The notes under the pieces were generated by a model. The model had not been told where the DNA came from. It did no database searches and saw nothing but the letters and a program-made list of their open reading frames with translations. The position numbers were made by a program, and so were the translations under genes. DNA of 64,000 bases from an uncultured Chloroflexia bacterium (lineage in GTDB: Bacteria > Chloroflexota > Limnocylindria > Limnocylindrales > CSP1-4). Positions 1 to 10,883 of this stretch are shown piece by piece. Within the stretch, counting starts at the first letter, position 1. Every line of letters begins with the position of its first letter. Location of the stretch: NCBI GenBank assembly GCA_963833225.1, contig CAWHXD010000019.1, forward strand, positions 192,001 through 256,000, written 5' to 3'.

Positions 1-891
1 GATGCCAACCCGGCCGAGCGCCAGGGCGAGGCATTCGGGATGTACGGCGCGGCACAGACCGGCGGGTTCATGCTCGGACCGGCCGTGGGCGGCGTTGCGG
101 CCTGGATCACCGGCGCCCCGGAGGTGGTGTTCTGGGTGGCCGGCGCGTCGCTCATCGTCTCCGCGGCGCTGGTCTGGTTGCGCGTCCCGGAGCTTCCGCA
201 CGTGCATGAGGACACGGTCCTCGCCGCGGCCGCCGACGATGCGGCGGTGACCACCGGCTGGACTCGACCGACGCGGATCCTCAACGTGCTGCTGGTCGCC
301 GCCATCTTCTTCAACGTCGGGTCCTACTTCGCGGGCGGCAGCTACGAGGTCGTGTGGAGCCTGTACCTGACCTCGCTCGGAGCGGACATCGGTCTGATCG
401 GTCTCACCTTCTTCTCCTTCGGCCTGCCACCGCTGCTGCTGTCACCGTTCATGGGCCGGTTCATCGACCGCGAGGGCGGGTTCGTGGCGCTGGTGGTGGG
501 GATATCGGTCATCTCCCTGTGCGGCTTCGTGTACCCGATCGTGCCCGCGGTGTGGTGGATGGTGGTGATCGGGCTGGTCGAGGGAACGGCGTTCGCCATG
601 GCATCGCCGGCGATCTACCTGCTGGTGGCACGTTCGGCGCCCATCGGCCGCAGCTCCACGGCCCAGGGGCTCCTGGGTGGCGCCGGCACGGTGGGCACGA
701 TCGTGGCGTCGGTGGCGGCCGGGAGGCTGGCCGGGATCGACCTCACGTACCCGTTCTACTCGGTGGGGATCGCGGGGTCCGTCGCCGTCATCGTGGGCCT
801 GGTCCTGGGGCGGCGCCGGCTCTACGTCGCGATGCAGCCGAGGCGCCCGCACTCGCCGGCGGCCGGATCCGTCCCGGAGGCCGGTGCGTGA
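1..891 (+). CDS. MFS transporter (5' truncated by window edge)
   Basis: Frame open from base 1; multiple hydrophobic helices; MFS motif-A-like GRFIDREG. Confidence 0.85.
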   Translation, partial: DANPAERQGEAFGMYGAAQTGGFMLGPAVGGVAAWITGAPEVVFWVAGASLIVSAALVWLRVPELPHVHEDTVLAAAADDAAVTTGWTRPTRILNVLLVAAIFFNVGSYFAGGSYEVVWSLYLTSLGADIGLIGLTFFSFGLPPLLLSPFMGRFIDREGGFVALVVGISVISLCGFVYPIVPAVWWMVVIGLVEGTAFAMASPAIYLLVARSAPIGRSSTAQGLLGGAGTVGTIVASVAAGRLAGIDLTYPFYSVGIAGSVAVIVGLVLGRRRLYVAMQPRRPHSPAAGSVPEAGA

Positions 892-1736
892 CCCCGGGTG
901 CCGGGCGCCCGTGGGTTCGGTCGGTCCTCGACGGCGCCCCACCGGCGCCCGTGGTCCTGGTGCTCGGCGGGTTCCTCACCTCGCCGCCGGTCTACCGGGC
1001 GCTTGATCGAGCCCTGCGTGACCGTGGGGCGGCCGACGTCGTCGTTGGCAACGTGTGGTCGATGGACTGGCTCCTGGCAGCGTCCCGCGGCCTCGGACCC
1101 ATCGTCACGCGCTCGGGGCGGGCACTCCTGGCGGCCGGGCGGAGGTCGGAGATGCTCGCGGGTGGGGCGCCGGTGCTGGTGATCGGGCACTCTGCGGGCG
1201 GGATGTCGGCGCGCCTCCTCACCAGCCGGGCTCCATTCCAAGGTCGACACCTCAACGCGAGCGGACGGATCGGCGCCATCGTGACGCTTGGCACGCCGCA
1301 CGCCGTCCCCATCGCCCCGGGGATCCGGAACCGGTCGGGGTTCGAGGCGGCAGTGTTCGCCAACCGTGAGGTTCCCGCCGCGACCTTCTCGCCGACCACC
1401 GGCTACCTGTCGGTCGCCTCCCGACGCGTCATGGGCCGGGACCGTGGAACGCCGCGTGAACGGCGGGCCTGGCTCGTCTACCGCGCGCTCACGCCGGAGG
1501 CCCCCACGCCGGTGATCGAGGGAGACGGCCTGGTCCCGGTGGCCGCCGCGCTGCTGCCGGGCGCCACGCACCTGGTGCTCGACGACGCGGCGCATGGCCA
1601 GGGCCTGGGCCGCGGCTGGTACGGCTCGGCCCGATTCCTGGACCGCTGGTGGCCGCTTGCGATGGAAACCTGGGAGGGGGCACTGCGGGCACGGGCAGCG
1701 GTGGTCACGGACCTGGACACCGGGTCCGGTCTTTGA
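888..1736 (+). CDS. Alpha/beta hydrolase (lipase/esterase-like)
   Basis: GHSAGG nucleophile elbow, TLGTPH, GDGLVP; GTG start overlaps MFS stop (GTGA). Confidence 0.8.
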   Translation: MTPGAGRPWVRSVLDGAPPAPVVLVLGGFLTSPPVYRALDRALRDRGAADVVVGNVWSMDWLLAASRGLGPIVTRSGRALLAAGRRSEMLAGGAPVLVIGHSAGGMSARLLTSRAPFQGRHLNASGRIGAIVTLGTPHAVPIAPGIRNRSGFEAAVFANREVPAATFSPTTGYLSVASRRVMGRDRGTPRERRAWLVYRALTPEAPTPVIEGDGLVPVAAALLPGATHLVLDDAAHGQGLGRGWYGSARFLDRWWPLAMETWEGALRARAAVVTDLDTGSGL

Positions 1737-1768
1737 CGGATTCGAGGATCCCCGGTAACGTCGTCAGT

Positions 1769-1843
1769 CGCGGGGTGGAGCAGCGGCAGCTCGTCGGGCT
1801 CATAACCCGAAGGTCGGAGGTTCGAATTCTTCCCCCGCAACCA
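1769..1843 (+). tRNA. tRNA-Met (CAT), initiator type
   Basis: CGCGGGG acceptor stem with C1:A72 mismatch, GGG/CCC anticodon stem around CAT, TTCGAAT T-loop, encoded CCA. Confidence 0.95.
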
Positions 1844-1857
1844 ACTCGCTTCACCTA

Positions 1858-1889
1858 GAAACCCCGGGACCCGACCACCCCGGGGTTTC
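1858..1889 (+). terminator. Hairpin terminator after tRNA
   Basis: GAAACCCCGGG...CCCGGGGTTTC perfect inverted repeat followed by T-rich bases. Confidence 0.7.
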
Positions 1890-2150
1890 GTCTTGTCTGG
1901 CCCCGGCGCGAGGCCGGAGACCTGGCGGCGGAGCGATGAGACGGACTGCCGCGATCCAGACCGCCCATACGCTGCGAGCCGCGTGGGCGGACTTCGCAGA
2001 ACTGCTTGTGCTCGGCGCCGCCGACGACTCCGAGACCCTTGCCTCCGCAGGCGTCGTTGCCCGTGGCGTGGCCTCCTCGCCGATGACGACGAACAGCGTC
2101 GCTCGGTGGCCGTCGCGAGATGGTCTCATCCGATCCCCAAATGCCGGCAG

Positions 2151-3435
2151 CTAGCCCCGGGTCATCCGCTCGGCGATCGAGCACCACTCCCAGAGGCGTT
2201 GCGGCTCGCCGCGGCAGGTGCTGATGTCCTTGAGCGTGAACTCGACCGGGCAGCCGTTGGCCTTCGTCACCTTGAGCACCTCGGCGAGGTCCTTCTCTGC
2301 GATCCTCGGGACCCACTGGTCCATGGCGACCATGGCCGGGTTCGGCTTGCGGCTGTAGACGAAGTCGGGCCCGATGTTCTCGGCGGCCTTGTCCACCTTG
2401 GCCCACGCGCTGACGGAGACCTTGCGCACGTTGGGGATGGTGCGGATGCCGTCGATCCGGTTGTGGAGCGGGTCGCAGCAGCCGAACTGTGCGATGCCGA
2501 AGCGCGCGTAGTAGGGCTGGTAGTAGGGAGGGACGAACTCGTTGAACGTGGCGTCCGAGACCGACACCATCAGCTGGCTGCGGCCGCAGATCCAGACGTC
2601 CTTGGCACGGACCCGCTCCGGGTTGAAGCCCGGTGCCGGGATCGCCGTCGTCTGGGCGCCGGTGCAGTGGATGCGGTCCTGGTCGTAGCCGAGGAGCCCC
2701 TTGGCCTCGAGCTGATCGAGCTCGGCCACCCGGACCTCGGATAGCGCTTCGCGATGTTGTGCAGGTGCTCCGGGCGGTCCATGAAGTCGAGCAGGATCGG
2801 CTCGGTGCCCCGGAACTGCTCGATGTCGTCCCACAGGCAGTAGGCAAGCTGGTTGCCCTCAAAGCCGTGCCAGCCCTGCATCCGGACGTCGAGGATCGCA
2901 TCGAGGCACTCGTGCGCCCAGGCCTCGATCTCGGCGGTTGCCGCCTGGTCGAGGCTGAGCTCGGGCTCGTGGAACTTCGCGATGTCCTCGGGATTGGCGA
3001 GCTGGTCCTCGTAGGTGATGACTCTGGACGACGTTGCCGCCGCCCTGGTCAAGCGTGTCCTCGGCGATGTTCAGGCCCCAGCGGTGGTCCGGATGACCTT
3101 GGCGAAGTCCATATACGGGCGAACCACCATGTCCACCCGCAGGTGGTTCCAGCGGTAGAGTCCGGCGGAGGCGCGTCTCCAGGTCCCGGGTGAAGGGGTG
3201 GGTCTCGCCGCATCTGGAGCTCGTCGGCACCCGGGACGTTGCCCGTCAGCTCGTGCCACGGGATCTCGTCGATCATCGCCATGGGCCGCTCGGGGTGGAG
3301 GTCGTTGAGCGCCTGCCACTCGCGGATCCGCTCCGCCTGCACGGGCAGCGCGGCGAGCGCGGCGACCTTGGCGGCGAGCTCGCGGACGACGGCGACGTCC
3401 GCAGCCGGGAGGCCGGTGCTGGTCTGGGTGGTCAT
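2151..3435 (-). CDS. UroD/MtaA-like (corrinoid methyltransferase superfamily) protein, split by several frameshifts
   Basis: Consecutive fragments in different frames (WHEL, RWNHLRVDMVV, FGCCDPLH..RKVSVSAW, YSRKPNP); next to a corrinoid protein. Confidence 0.55.
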
Positions 3436-3453
3436 CGGTCCGATCCCCGTTTC

Positions 3454-4070
3454 CTAGGAGGCCAGCAGGCCGCGGGCGAGGTCAACCGCGGACCCGGCGT
3501 CGGGGGCGTAGCCGTCGGCCCGATCTGGGCGGCGAACTCGGGGGTCACCGGGGCCCCGCCCATGACGACCCGGGGCGCAGCCGGCGGCCCGGACGGCCTC
3601 GACCACCGCGCGCATGTTGGGCATCGTCGTGGTCAGCAGGGCACACGCCGATGAGGTGGGCATCGTGCTCCCGCGCCGCCTCGACGAACTCCGCGGCGGG
3701 ACGTTGACCCCGAGGTCGAAGACCTCGATCCCGCCACCCTTCCACATCATCCCCACCAGGTTCTTGCCGATGTCGTGGAGGTCCCCTCCACCGTGCCGAC
3801 GACGGCGCGGAACTCGGGCTTGACCCCGGCCGCGAGCAGGACGGGCTCCAGGATCCGGTGCCGGCCTTCATCGCCCGGGCGGCGATCAGCATCTCGGGCA
3901 CGAACAGCTCGCCCTCCTGGAACTTGCGGCCCACCACGTCCATCGCCGCGGTCATCGCGTCGAGCACGGTGCGCGGGTCGAGGCCGTCGTCCAGCGCCGC
4001 CTGGGTTGCTCGGCGAGGCGACGCGGTTGCCCGCCTCGACGGCGGCGGTGAGGGCGGCGAGGTCGGCCAT
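3454..4070 (-). CDS. Corrinoid (B12-binding) methyl-carrier protein, frameshifted
   Basis: Cap domain (AMDVVGRKFQEGELFVPEMLIAARAMK); DLHDIGKNLV (DxHxxG) readable at ~3755-3784; ALLTTTM; DGYAPDAGSAV. Confidence 0.85.
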
Positions 4071-4186
4071 GGGTGCGTCTCCTGCGTGCGGCACGCCGTC
4101 GGATCGGCGCACCGGGCCGGACAGATGCTACGCCGGGTCACGCCTCGGTGGCCCGCGGCCGCGGGACGAGCGGCGTGAGCCCGGAC

Positions 4187-4978
4187 CTACTCGCTGAATG
4201 CGGCCCGGAAGGCCTCCAGGGCCACCACCGGGTCGCCCGACGCGGTGGCCTCGAGCCCCACGACACCGGTGTAGCCCTGCGCCTTGAGGGCACGGCGACG
4301 GCCGGCCAGTTGACCTCGCCGGTTCCGGGCTCCATGCGTCCCGGAACATCGGCCACCTGGATCTCGCCGATGTAGTGCCCGACTTGGCGCACAGGTCGAT
4401 TAGATTGCCCTCGCCGATCTGGGCGTGGTACAGGTCGAGCATCATCCGAACGCCGGGGCGGTCGAGCGTGCTCACCAGCGTGAGCGTGTCCTCGGCCTTG
4501 CCGAACGGGGTGCCCAGGTGGTCGACGTAGAGGTTGAGGTTCTCGAGGCAGAACACGACGTCGTTGGCCTCGCCGAGGTCGGCGAGCTCGTTGAGGGTCC
4601 GGTAGGCGTTGAGCCACATCTGCCCGGTGGTCACGTCCTGGGGCCGGAAGGGGAGGCCGTTGCGCGAGCCGTCGAGCTCGGCGCCGTGGACGACCAGCCG
4701 CGGGCAGCCCAACTTCTTGGCCGCCTCGACCGAGAGCCTCGCCGTCCGGACCATCTCCCCGCCGCCCTCGGCGTCGTATAGGTCACCGTGGACATAGCCC
4801 GTCATCGTCGACCATGTGGCGCCGATCGCGGCCACCGCGTCGAGGTCCTTGGTGGTCCAGTCCCACATCTCCACCTGGAATCCAAGGTCATGGATCCGTC
4901 GCACGCGATCGAGGTACGGCAGGTCCGGAACAACATCTCGGTGGTGACTGCCAGCGGGAACATGGGGGTGCCGGCCAT
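4187..4978 (-). CDS. Hydroxypyruvate isomerase (Hyi)/xylose-isomerase-like TIM barrel, frameshifted
   Basis: LENLN..VDH, MLDLYHAQIGEGNL, IQVADVPGRMEPGTGE motifs across two frames. Confidence 0.8.
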
Positions 4979-5123
4979 GTCGCGTGTCCTCTCCTCTGCT
5001 GCACCGGGCCGGCTCGCCCCGGCCTCGGTGGGCTCCGGTCAGGGGGGCGACTGGGCGACCTGTTCACGGTGACGTCTACATTGTGTTCAGGATCGACGAG
5101 CGGGTAAGGTTGCGGGAACATCA

Positions 5124-5137
5124 CTAGAGCGCTCTAG
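5124..5137. promoter_or_regulatory. LacI-family operator, copy 1
   Basis: Perfect palindrome CTAGAGCGCTCTAG with central CG, between divergent genes. Confidence 0.8.
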
Positions 5138-5275
5138 ACACGCACGTTAGAGTATGGCCGATGCCGATGTCAAGCCATGTTCGGCAAGGGAGGGCTGTTT
5201 CGTCGCATTGACCCGTCAGGACTAGTCCGCGTCACACATCCATCCGCGTCCACCATCACCGCTGGAGACAACCAC

Positions 5276-6274
5276 ATGCTTCGCGTAGCCCTGCTGGGTG
5301 CCGGCCGGATCGGCCAGGTCCACGCCCGTTCCATCGTCGAGAGCGGCGCGGCCGAGCTCGCCTGGGTCTGCGATCCCATCGCGACGGCGGCCACGACCCT
5401 TGCCGGGCGGTACGGAGCCAAGGCCAGCCCGGAGCCCGGTGACGCCATCGCCGATCCGTCGGTGGATGCCGTCCTGATCGCGTCCGCCACCGCGACCCAC
5501 ACCGATCTCCTGCGCGAGGCCGTGCTCGCGGGCAAGAAGGTGCTGTGCGAGAAGCCGATCGATCTCGACCTGGCCCGTATCGACGCCACCTGGGCCGCCA
5601 TCGCCGACAAGGCCCCATTCGTGATGCTGGGCTTCAACCGGCGGTTCGACCCGACCTTCGCGGAGATCAGGGCGCGCGTGACCGCCGGGGACATCGGCCC
5701 GCTGCGCGCGCTGCGCGTCACGTCCCGCGACCCGCAGCCCCCGCCCGCTGCCTATCTCGGGGTGTCGGGCGGCATGTTCCGCGACATGACCATCCACGAC
5801 TTCGACATGACCCGCTTCTTCCTGGGCGAGGTGGTCGAGGTGTCCGCGGTGGCGTCCCACAACAACGACCCGGTGTTCGTCGAGGCCGGTGACCACGCGC
5901 AGGCGATCCTCACCCTGCGCAGCCGCGACAACGTCCTCGCCACCATCGTCAACAGCCGCACCTGCGCCTACGGGTATGACCAGCGCCTGGAGGCGTTCGG
6001 CGATGCGGGCTCGCTCGAGGCCGGCAACATGACCGCGACCACCGTCCGGGCGTCGTCCGCCACCCAGACCGGGGCAGCTGGTCCGGTGCTCAACTTCTTC
6101 CTCGAGCGCTACATGCCCGCGTACAAGGCCGAGTTCGCCGAGTTCGTGGCGGCGATCCGGGAGGACCGCGAGCCGGCGGTGGGATTTGCCGACGGCCGGG
6201 CAGCGCTGGTGCTCGCCGAGGCCGCCATCGAGAGCGTCGCCACCGGCAAGGTCGTGGCCGTGACCGGCGGCTGA
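5276..6274 (+). CDS. iolG: Inositol 2-dehydrogenase (Gfo/Idh/MocA family)
   Basis: GAGRIG, CEKP, GFNRRFDP, SGGMFRDMTIHDFD, YGYDQRLE; GGAG RBS. Confidence 0.85.
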   Translation: MLRVALLGAGRIGQVHARSIVESGAAELAWVCDPIATAATTLAGRYGAKASPEPGDAIADPSVDAVLIASATATHTDLLREAVLAGKKVLCEKPIDLDLARIDATWAAIADKAPFVMLGFNRRFDPTFAEIRARVTAGDIGPLRALRVTSRDPQPPPAAYLGVSGGMFRDMTIHDFDMTRFFLGEVVEVSAVASHNNDPVFVEAGDHAQAILTLRSRDNVLATIVNSRTCAYGYDQRLEAFGDAGSLEAGNMTATTVRASSATQTGAAGPVLNFFLERYMPAYKAEFAEFVAAIREDREPAVGFADGRAALVLAEAAIESVATGKVVAVTGG

Positions 6275-6379
6275 CGCGTGGCGTCCGTTGCGGGGACCGG
6301 ACAGCTCTCCGGTCTCCGCCTCCCGCCCAGGGTCGCGTCCCGCGGCCGTCCCGCCCAGACCACGGAGGATCCTGTCGCC

Positions 6380-7183
6380 ATGGCCGAGCGCCTCACCGTC
6401 GCCGACATCCGGGCCCAGAAGGGCAAGCACCAGTTCACCATGGTCCGCACTGAGGACTGGGAGACGCTCGAGGCGGCCGAACGCGCCGGGGTCGAGATGG
6501 TCTCCGTTACGCCCGAGATGATGGTGGACCCGCGATTCCGCGAGATGGCTCCCACCGTGTTCGCGGTTCCGGGCGTGGACTTCTTCGAGCTCGGCACGGC
6601 GGACGACTTCACCCGCTGGGCATTCAGGATGCTCAAGGCCACCGCCGACGCGGTGTACGTGAGCGCCGGACTGCCCACCATCCGTCAACTGGCTGCGGAC
6701 AACATCCCGGTCATCAGCCACGTCGGGTTGATCCCGTCGCGAGCCACCTGGACGGGCGGGTTCAAGGCGGTGGGCAAGACGGCGGACCAGGCGATGCAGG
6801 TCTACCGGGCGGCCAAGGCCCTCGAGGAGGCCGGCGCGTTCGGAGCCGAGATCGAGGTCGTGCCGGCGGAAATGGCCGCGGAGATCAGCAAGCGCACCTC
6901 GCTGTTCATGGTGTCGATGGAGCCGGCACGGGCGGGGACTGCCAGTACCTGTTCGCCGAGGACATGCTGGGCGAGAACCGTGGGCACATTCCGCGCCACG
7001 CCAAGATCTACCGCAACTTCGCCGCCGAATACGACCAGCTCCAGGAGGAGCGCGTGGCGGCGTTCAAGGAGTTCGTGGCGACGTTCACACGGTGCCTACC
7101 CCGACGACAGGCACATTGTGGGCACGGATCCCGCCGAGCTGGAGGCGTTCCGCCGCGCACTGGCGCTGGCGGGCGAGGGCTGA
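6380..7183 (+). CDS. PanB-like (ketopantoate hydroxymethyltransferase family) protein, frameshifted near 3' end
   Basis: HVGLIP..GGFKAVGKT, LEEAGAFGAEIEVVP, PRHAKIYRNF; canonical N-terminal GDS motif not seen. Confidence 0.7.
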   Translation: MAERLTVADIRAQKGKHQFTMVRTEDWETLEAAERAGVEMVSVTPEMMVDPRFREMAPTVFAVPGVDFFELGTADDFTRWAFRMLKATADAVYVSAGLPTIRQLAADNIPVISHVGLIPSRATWTGGFKAVGKTADQAMQVYRAAKALEEAGAFGAEIEVVPAEMAAEISKRTSLFMVSMEPARAGTASTCSPRTCWARTVGTFRATPRSTATSPPNTTSSRRSAWRRSRSSWRRSHGAYPDDRHIVGTDPAELEAFRRALALAGEG

Positions 7184-7253
7184 CGAAGTGCCGGACGGCG
7201 GCCGGGAGGAGATCCGGCCGCCCTCCAACGGGCTCATCCCACGGCGACTGGGT

Positions 7254-8474
7254 TCATCCCACGGCGACGGGCTGAGGTGTGAAGGTCAGCTCCAGGTTGT
7301 TCCAACGTACATGTTCGGCGTGGTCACGTAGCGGCTCGCCTCGCCGACGATCTCATACTCGCCCAGCACGGGAAGCGCTTCCTCGAGCGCGACCTTGAGC
7401 TCCAGGCGTGCCAGCGGCGCACCCAGGCAGCCGTGGACGCCCTCGCCGAACCCGAGGTGTCGGAAGGTGCGGCGGTCGATGCGGAAGTCATCCGCGTCGT
7501 CGAACTGGCGCTCGTCCCGGTTGGCGGAGCCGTAGACGAGGACCACGCGCCCGCCCTTGGGGATCGTGACGCCGTGCAGGGTGACCTCGCGCGAGGTGGT
7601 GCGGCCAGCGTGCTGGAGCGGCGACGACCAGCGGACGGCCTCCTCCACGGCGGCCGGGATGAGTGACGGGTCGTCGAGCAGCAGTCGGCGCTGGTCGGGG
7701 TGCTCCGCGAGCAGCTTGAACACGGACCCGGTGAGCCCGGCGGTGGAACCGACGCCGCCCAGGAACAGGACCCGCATCAGACCCATGCTCGGACTCGGGC
7801 GTGATCTCCACGTCGCAGAACGTGTCCTCGCCGATCGTGGCCTGGACGAGGTGGCTCACGAGGTCTTGGCGCGGGTTGGCGCGTCGCTCGTTGAGCAGCT
7901 TGATGAAGTAGGCGTTGATGCCATCGGTGGCCGCCCGGGACACAGGCGTGAGGTTCGGGTTGTCGGGCTCGCGATCCTTGAGCTCGTGGATCCAGTGCTG
8001 GAGGTCTTCGCGGCCCTCCTCACGCGCCTTGGGCAGGCCCAGCAGGTCGAAGAACACCTCGTTGGGCATCGGCCAGGCAAGCTCCTGGACGATGTCGACC
8101 GTGCCGCGATCACGGAACGCGTCGACGAGCGTTTGGACGACCTCCCGGACACCCTCCTCGCGGGCATTGATCCGGCGGGGGAGCATCGGCGGCTGGACCA
8201 CGCCGCGGATCTGGTCGTGGCGCGGGTTGTCGACGTTCGGCAGGAAGCCGGGGCCGCCCTGGTCGGTCGCCGTGGCGTCGAGGTCGATCCCTTCGTACGA
8301 CAGGAAGGTGTGCGGGTCCAGCGCGGCGGCGCGGACGTCGTCCCATCGGGACAGAGCCCACCAGTTCCACTTCTCGTTGTAGTAGACCGGCGCCTCGTCC
8401 CGCATCCACTGGTAGACGGTGAATGGGTCAGCCTGGAACTCCTTGCTGAACGGGTCGTAGCCGGTAGCGGCCAT
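7254..8474 (-). CDS. Cytochrome P450 #1, frameshifted
   Basis: EEAVR (ExxR), ANRDERQF, FGEGVHGCLGA heme motif; two fragments 7488-8474 and 7286-7786. Confidence 0.9.
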
Positions 8475-8512
8475 CTGCGGTTCCTCGCTGCTCTCGATGG
8501 TTGGGTCGCGGT

Positions 8513-9532
8513 CTACAGATCGAGCACGAGCTGCGGCGTCTTGCTCCGCGAGCAGCAGATCATCATGAACTCGTTGAGCGCGCGCTCATCCTCGTCGAGA
8601 ACCGAGTCCCTGTGATCCGGGATTCCCTCCAGCACGTTGGTCTCGCACGTGCCGCAGGTTCCCTTCCCGCAGGATGACATGACGCCTACGCCCGCTGCCT
8701 CGACCGTCTCGAGGATCGAGCGGCCGGCGGGGACGGTCAGGGTCATGTTGCTGCCCCGCAGGACGACCTCGAACTCCGTGTCGACGGCGTCCGGGTCCGC
8801 CGGCTTGGCTTCGAAGCGTTCCACGTGGAGGCTCCTGGCCGGCCATGATGTGCAGTGGCGTTCGACGTCCGCGATGAGCCGCTCGGGGCCACAGCAGTAC
8901 ACCAAAGTGCCTTCCTGCGGTGCGCCTAGGACCTCGTCGAGGTCCATGCGCCTGGACTCGTCGCTGGCGTGCAGCGACACGCGGTCAGGGTCGTCGACGA
9001 GCTCGTCTACGAACGCCATTCCCGCCCGGGTGTGGCCTCCGTAGTGGAGCCGCCAGTCGGCACCCGCCGCCGCGACCGCCGCGATCATCGGAACGATCGG
9101 GGTCACGCCGATCCCGCCAGCAATGAACAGGTACCGCGGCGACGGTGCGAGGCGGAAGTTGTTGCGCGGGCCGCGAATGCGCACGAGGTCGCCTTCGGTC
9201 AGGCGATCGTGGACGTAGATCGAGCCCCCGCCGCCGTTGTCATCACGCAGGATGCCCAGCCGATAGGTGGACCGGTCCGCGGGGTCACTGCAGAGGGAAT
9301 ACTGGCGGGTTGGCACCCCGTTGCCGATGATCAGGTCGACGTGTGCCCCGGGCTGCCACTCGGGCAGCGGATGCCCGCCCACCTCACGCAGCTCGAGCGT
9401 CACGATGCCGTCGGCGGCGACGGTCTTGGCCGCCACGCGCACGTCCGCCTCGTACTCCCTGGCGACCACGGTGACGGACGTCGGGCCGTCCTGGACCTGT
9501 TCCGGGTGCATGCCAGCATCCGAAGCAACCAT
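8513..9532 (-). CDS. PDR/VanB-family oxidoreductase (FMN/NAD(P)H + C-terminal 2Fe-2S)
   Basis: RQYSLC, GGGS, IAGGIGVTP, YCCGP, SSCGKGTCGTC...ICCS; start codon uncertain. Confidence 0.9.
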   Translation of the reverse strand: MVASDAGMHPEQVQDGPTSVTVVAREYEADVRVAAKTVAADGIVTLELREVGGHPLPEWQPGAHVDLIIGNGVPTRQYSLCSDPADRSTYRLGILRDDNGGGGSIYVHDRLTEGDLVRIRGPRNNFRLAPSPRYLFIAGGIGVTPIVPMIAAVAAAGADWRLHYGGHTRAGMAFVDELVDDPDRVSLHASDESRRMDLDEVLGAPQEGTLVYCCGPERLIADVERHCTSWPARSLHVERFEAKPADPDAVDTEFEVVLRGSNMTLTVPAGRSILETVEAAGVGVMSSCGKGTCGTCETNVLEGIPDHRDSVLDEDERALNEFMMICCSRSKTPQLVLDL

Positions 9533-9537
9533 GATCG

Positions 9538-10770
9538 TCACCGTCCTCCTGCCGGCGAGAACCGCACGGGGAGATTCCACCACACGTACATGTTGGGCGA
9601 GCTCGGGTAGAACGCAGGATCGCCGTCAAGCCCGTACTCGCCGAGCACCGGGAGCGCCTCCTGCAGGGCGATCTTGGTCTCGAGACGCGCGAGTGGCGCG
9701 CCGAGGCAGCCGTGGACCCCTTCCCCGAAGCCGACGTGCTTGACCACGCCGCGGGTCACGTCGAACCGGTCGGGGTCCGGGAACTGGCGCTCGTCGCGGT
9801 TGGCGGCGCCGACGACCAGGACCACGCGGGAGCGGGCCGGGATCGTGACCCCGTGGAGCGTCACATCACGCATCACTGTCCGGGCCGTGAGCTGGAGGGG
9901 CGTCGCCCAGCGCACCGACTCCTCGACGGCCTGCGGGATGAGCGCCGGGTCCTCGAGCAGCCGGCGCCGCTGGTCGGGGTGCTCGGCCAGCAGCTTGAAC
10001 GTGTTGCCGATCAACCCGGCGGTGGACTCCACGCCGCCGAGGAACAGGATGATCATCAGGCCCATCACCTCGGCAGCGGGCCCGATGTGCTCCTCCGTGA
10101 ACGGAACCCCGTTGATCCTGGCGTGGACGATGGTGCTGATGACGTCGTCGCGCGGGTTGTTCCGCCGATCCTGGAGCAGCCGAATGAAGTACTCGCGGAT
10201 GTGCTGGTCGGCCTCGATCGCCTCCGGCGTGAACTCCGGACTGCCCGGGACGCGGCCCTTGAGCGCGTGGACCCAGCGTTCGAGCTGGTCGTGTTCCGCC
10301 TGGTCCTCGTGGGGGATGCCCATGAGCGTGAAGAACACGTCGAACGGTGTGGGCCAGGCAAGCTCCTGGGCCAGGTCAACGGTGCCGCGATCACGCCACT
10401 TGGCGAGGTGGCTTCGGACCACGGTTCGGACCGCCTCCTCATGGGCGCCGACGCGGCGGGGGAGGAACCACGGCTGGACGATGGCCCGGATCTCGTCGTG
10501 GCGCGGGTTATCGATGTTGCCCAGCGACCCGCCGCTCGCCATCTGCTCGCGGAACGTGTTGTCGATGTCCATGCCCTCGGACGACCGGTACAGGTCGGCA
10601 TCGAGGATCGCGGCGCGAACGTCCTCGTGGCGGGTGAGGGCGTACCAGCCCCAACGCTCGCTGTGCCAGACGGGGGCGTCATCGCGCAGCCAGCGGTAAA
10701 CGTCGAAGGCGTCGCGGGGATAGAACTCAGGGTCGAACGGGTTGTATTCCAATGGGGCCCTGACCGTCAT
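9538..10770 (-). CDS. Cytochrome P450 #2
   Basis: LFLGGVEST I-helix, EESVR, FGEGVHGCLGA; clear paralog of P450 #1. Confidence 0.92.
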   Translation of the reverse strand: MTVRAPLEYNPFDPEFYPRDAFDVYRWLRDDAPVWHSERWGWYALTRHEDVRAAILDADLYRSSEGMDIDNTFREQMASGGSLGNIDNPRHDEIRAIVQPWFLPRRVGAHEEAVRTVVRSHLAKWRDRGTVDLAQELAWPTPFDVFFTLMGIPHEDQAEHDQLERWVHALKGRVPGSPEFTPEAIEADQHIREYFIRLLQDRRNNPRDDVISTIVHARINGVPFTEEHIGPAAEVMGLMIILFLGGVESTAGLIGNTFKLLAEHPDQRRRLLEDPALIPQAVEESVRWATPLQLTARTVMRDVTLHGVTIPARSRVVLVVGAANRDERQFPDPDRFDVTRGVVKHVGFGEGVHGCLGAPLARLETKIALQEALPVLGEYGLDGDPAFYPSSPNMYVWWNLPVRFSPAGGR

Positions 10771-10836
10771 CTCGCGTCCTCTGGGTCTCGGCGCTGGCTC
10801 CGGGGTCACGAACGGGGGGCTCGCCGTCCGTCGCCC

Positions 10837-10850
10837 CTAGAGCGCTCTAG
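10837..10850. promoter_or_regulatory. LacI-family operator, copy 2 (upstream of P450 operon)
   Basis: Perfect palindrome CTAGAGCGCTCTAG. Confidence 0.8.
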
Positions 10851-10883
10851 TGCGGGAACGATAGCGAGGTGACGATCGGCCCG

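Noticed and set aside
7231-7270. 20-bp tandem duplication at the P450 #1 stop
   Set aside because: Local duplication of the gene end with no sign of function or of a target-site duplication.
2151-8474. Dense frameshifts suggesting a decaying pseudogene island or programmed frameshifting
   Set aside because: They are single-base indels with otherwise intact motifs, and similar breaks hit the FAD subunit, the kinase and housekeeping dapA. Long-read consensus error is more likely; reads are needed to decide.
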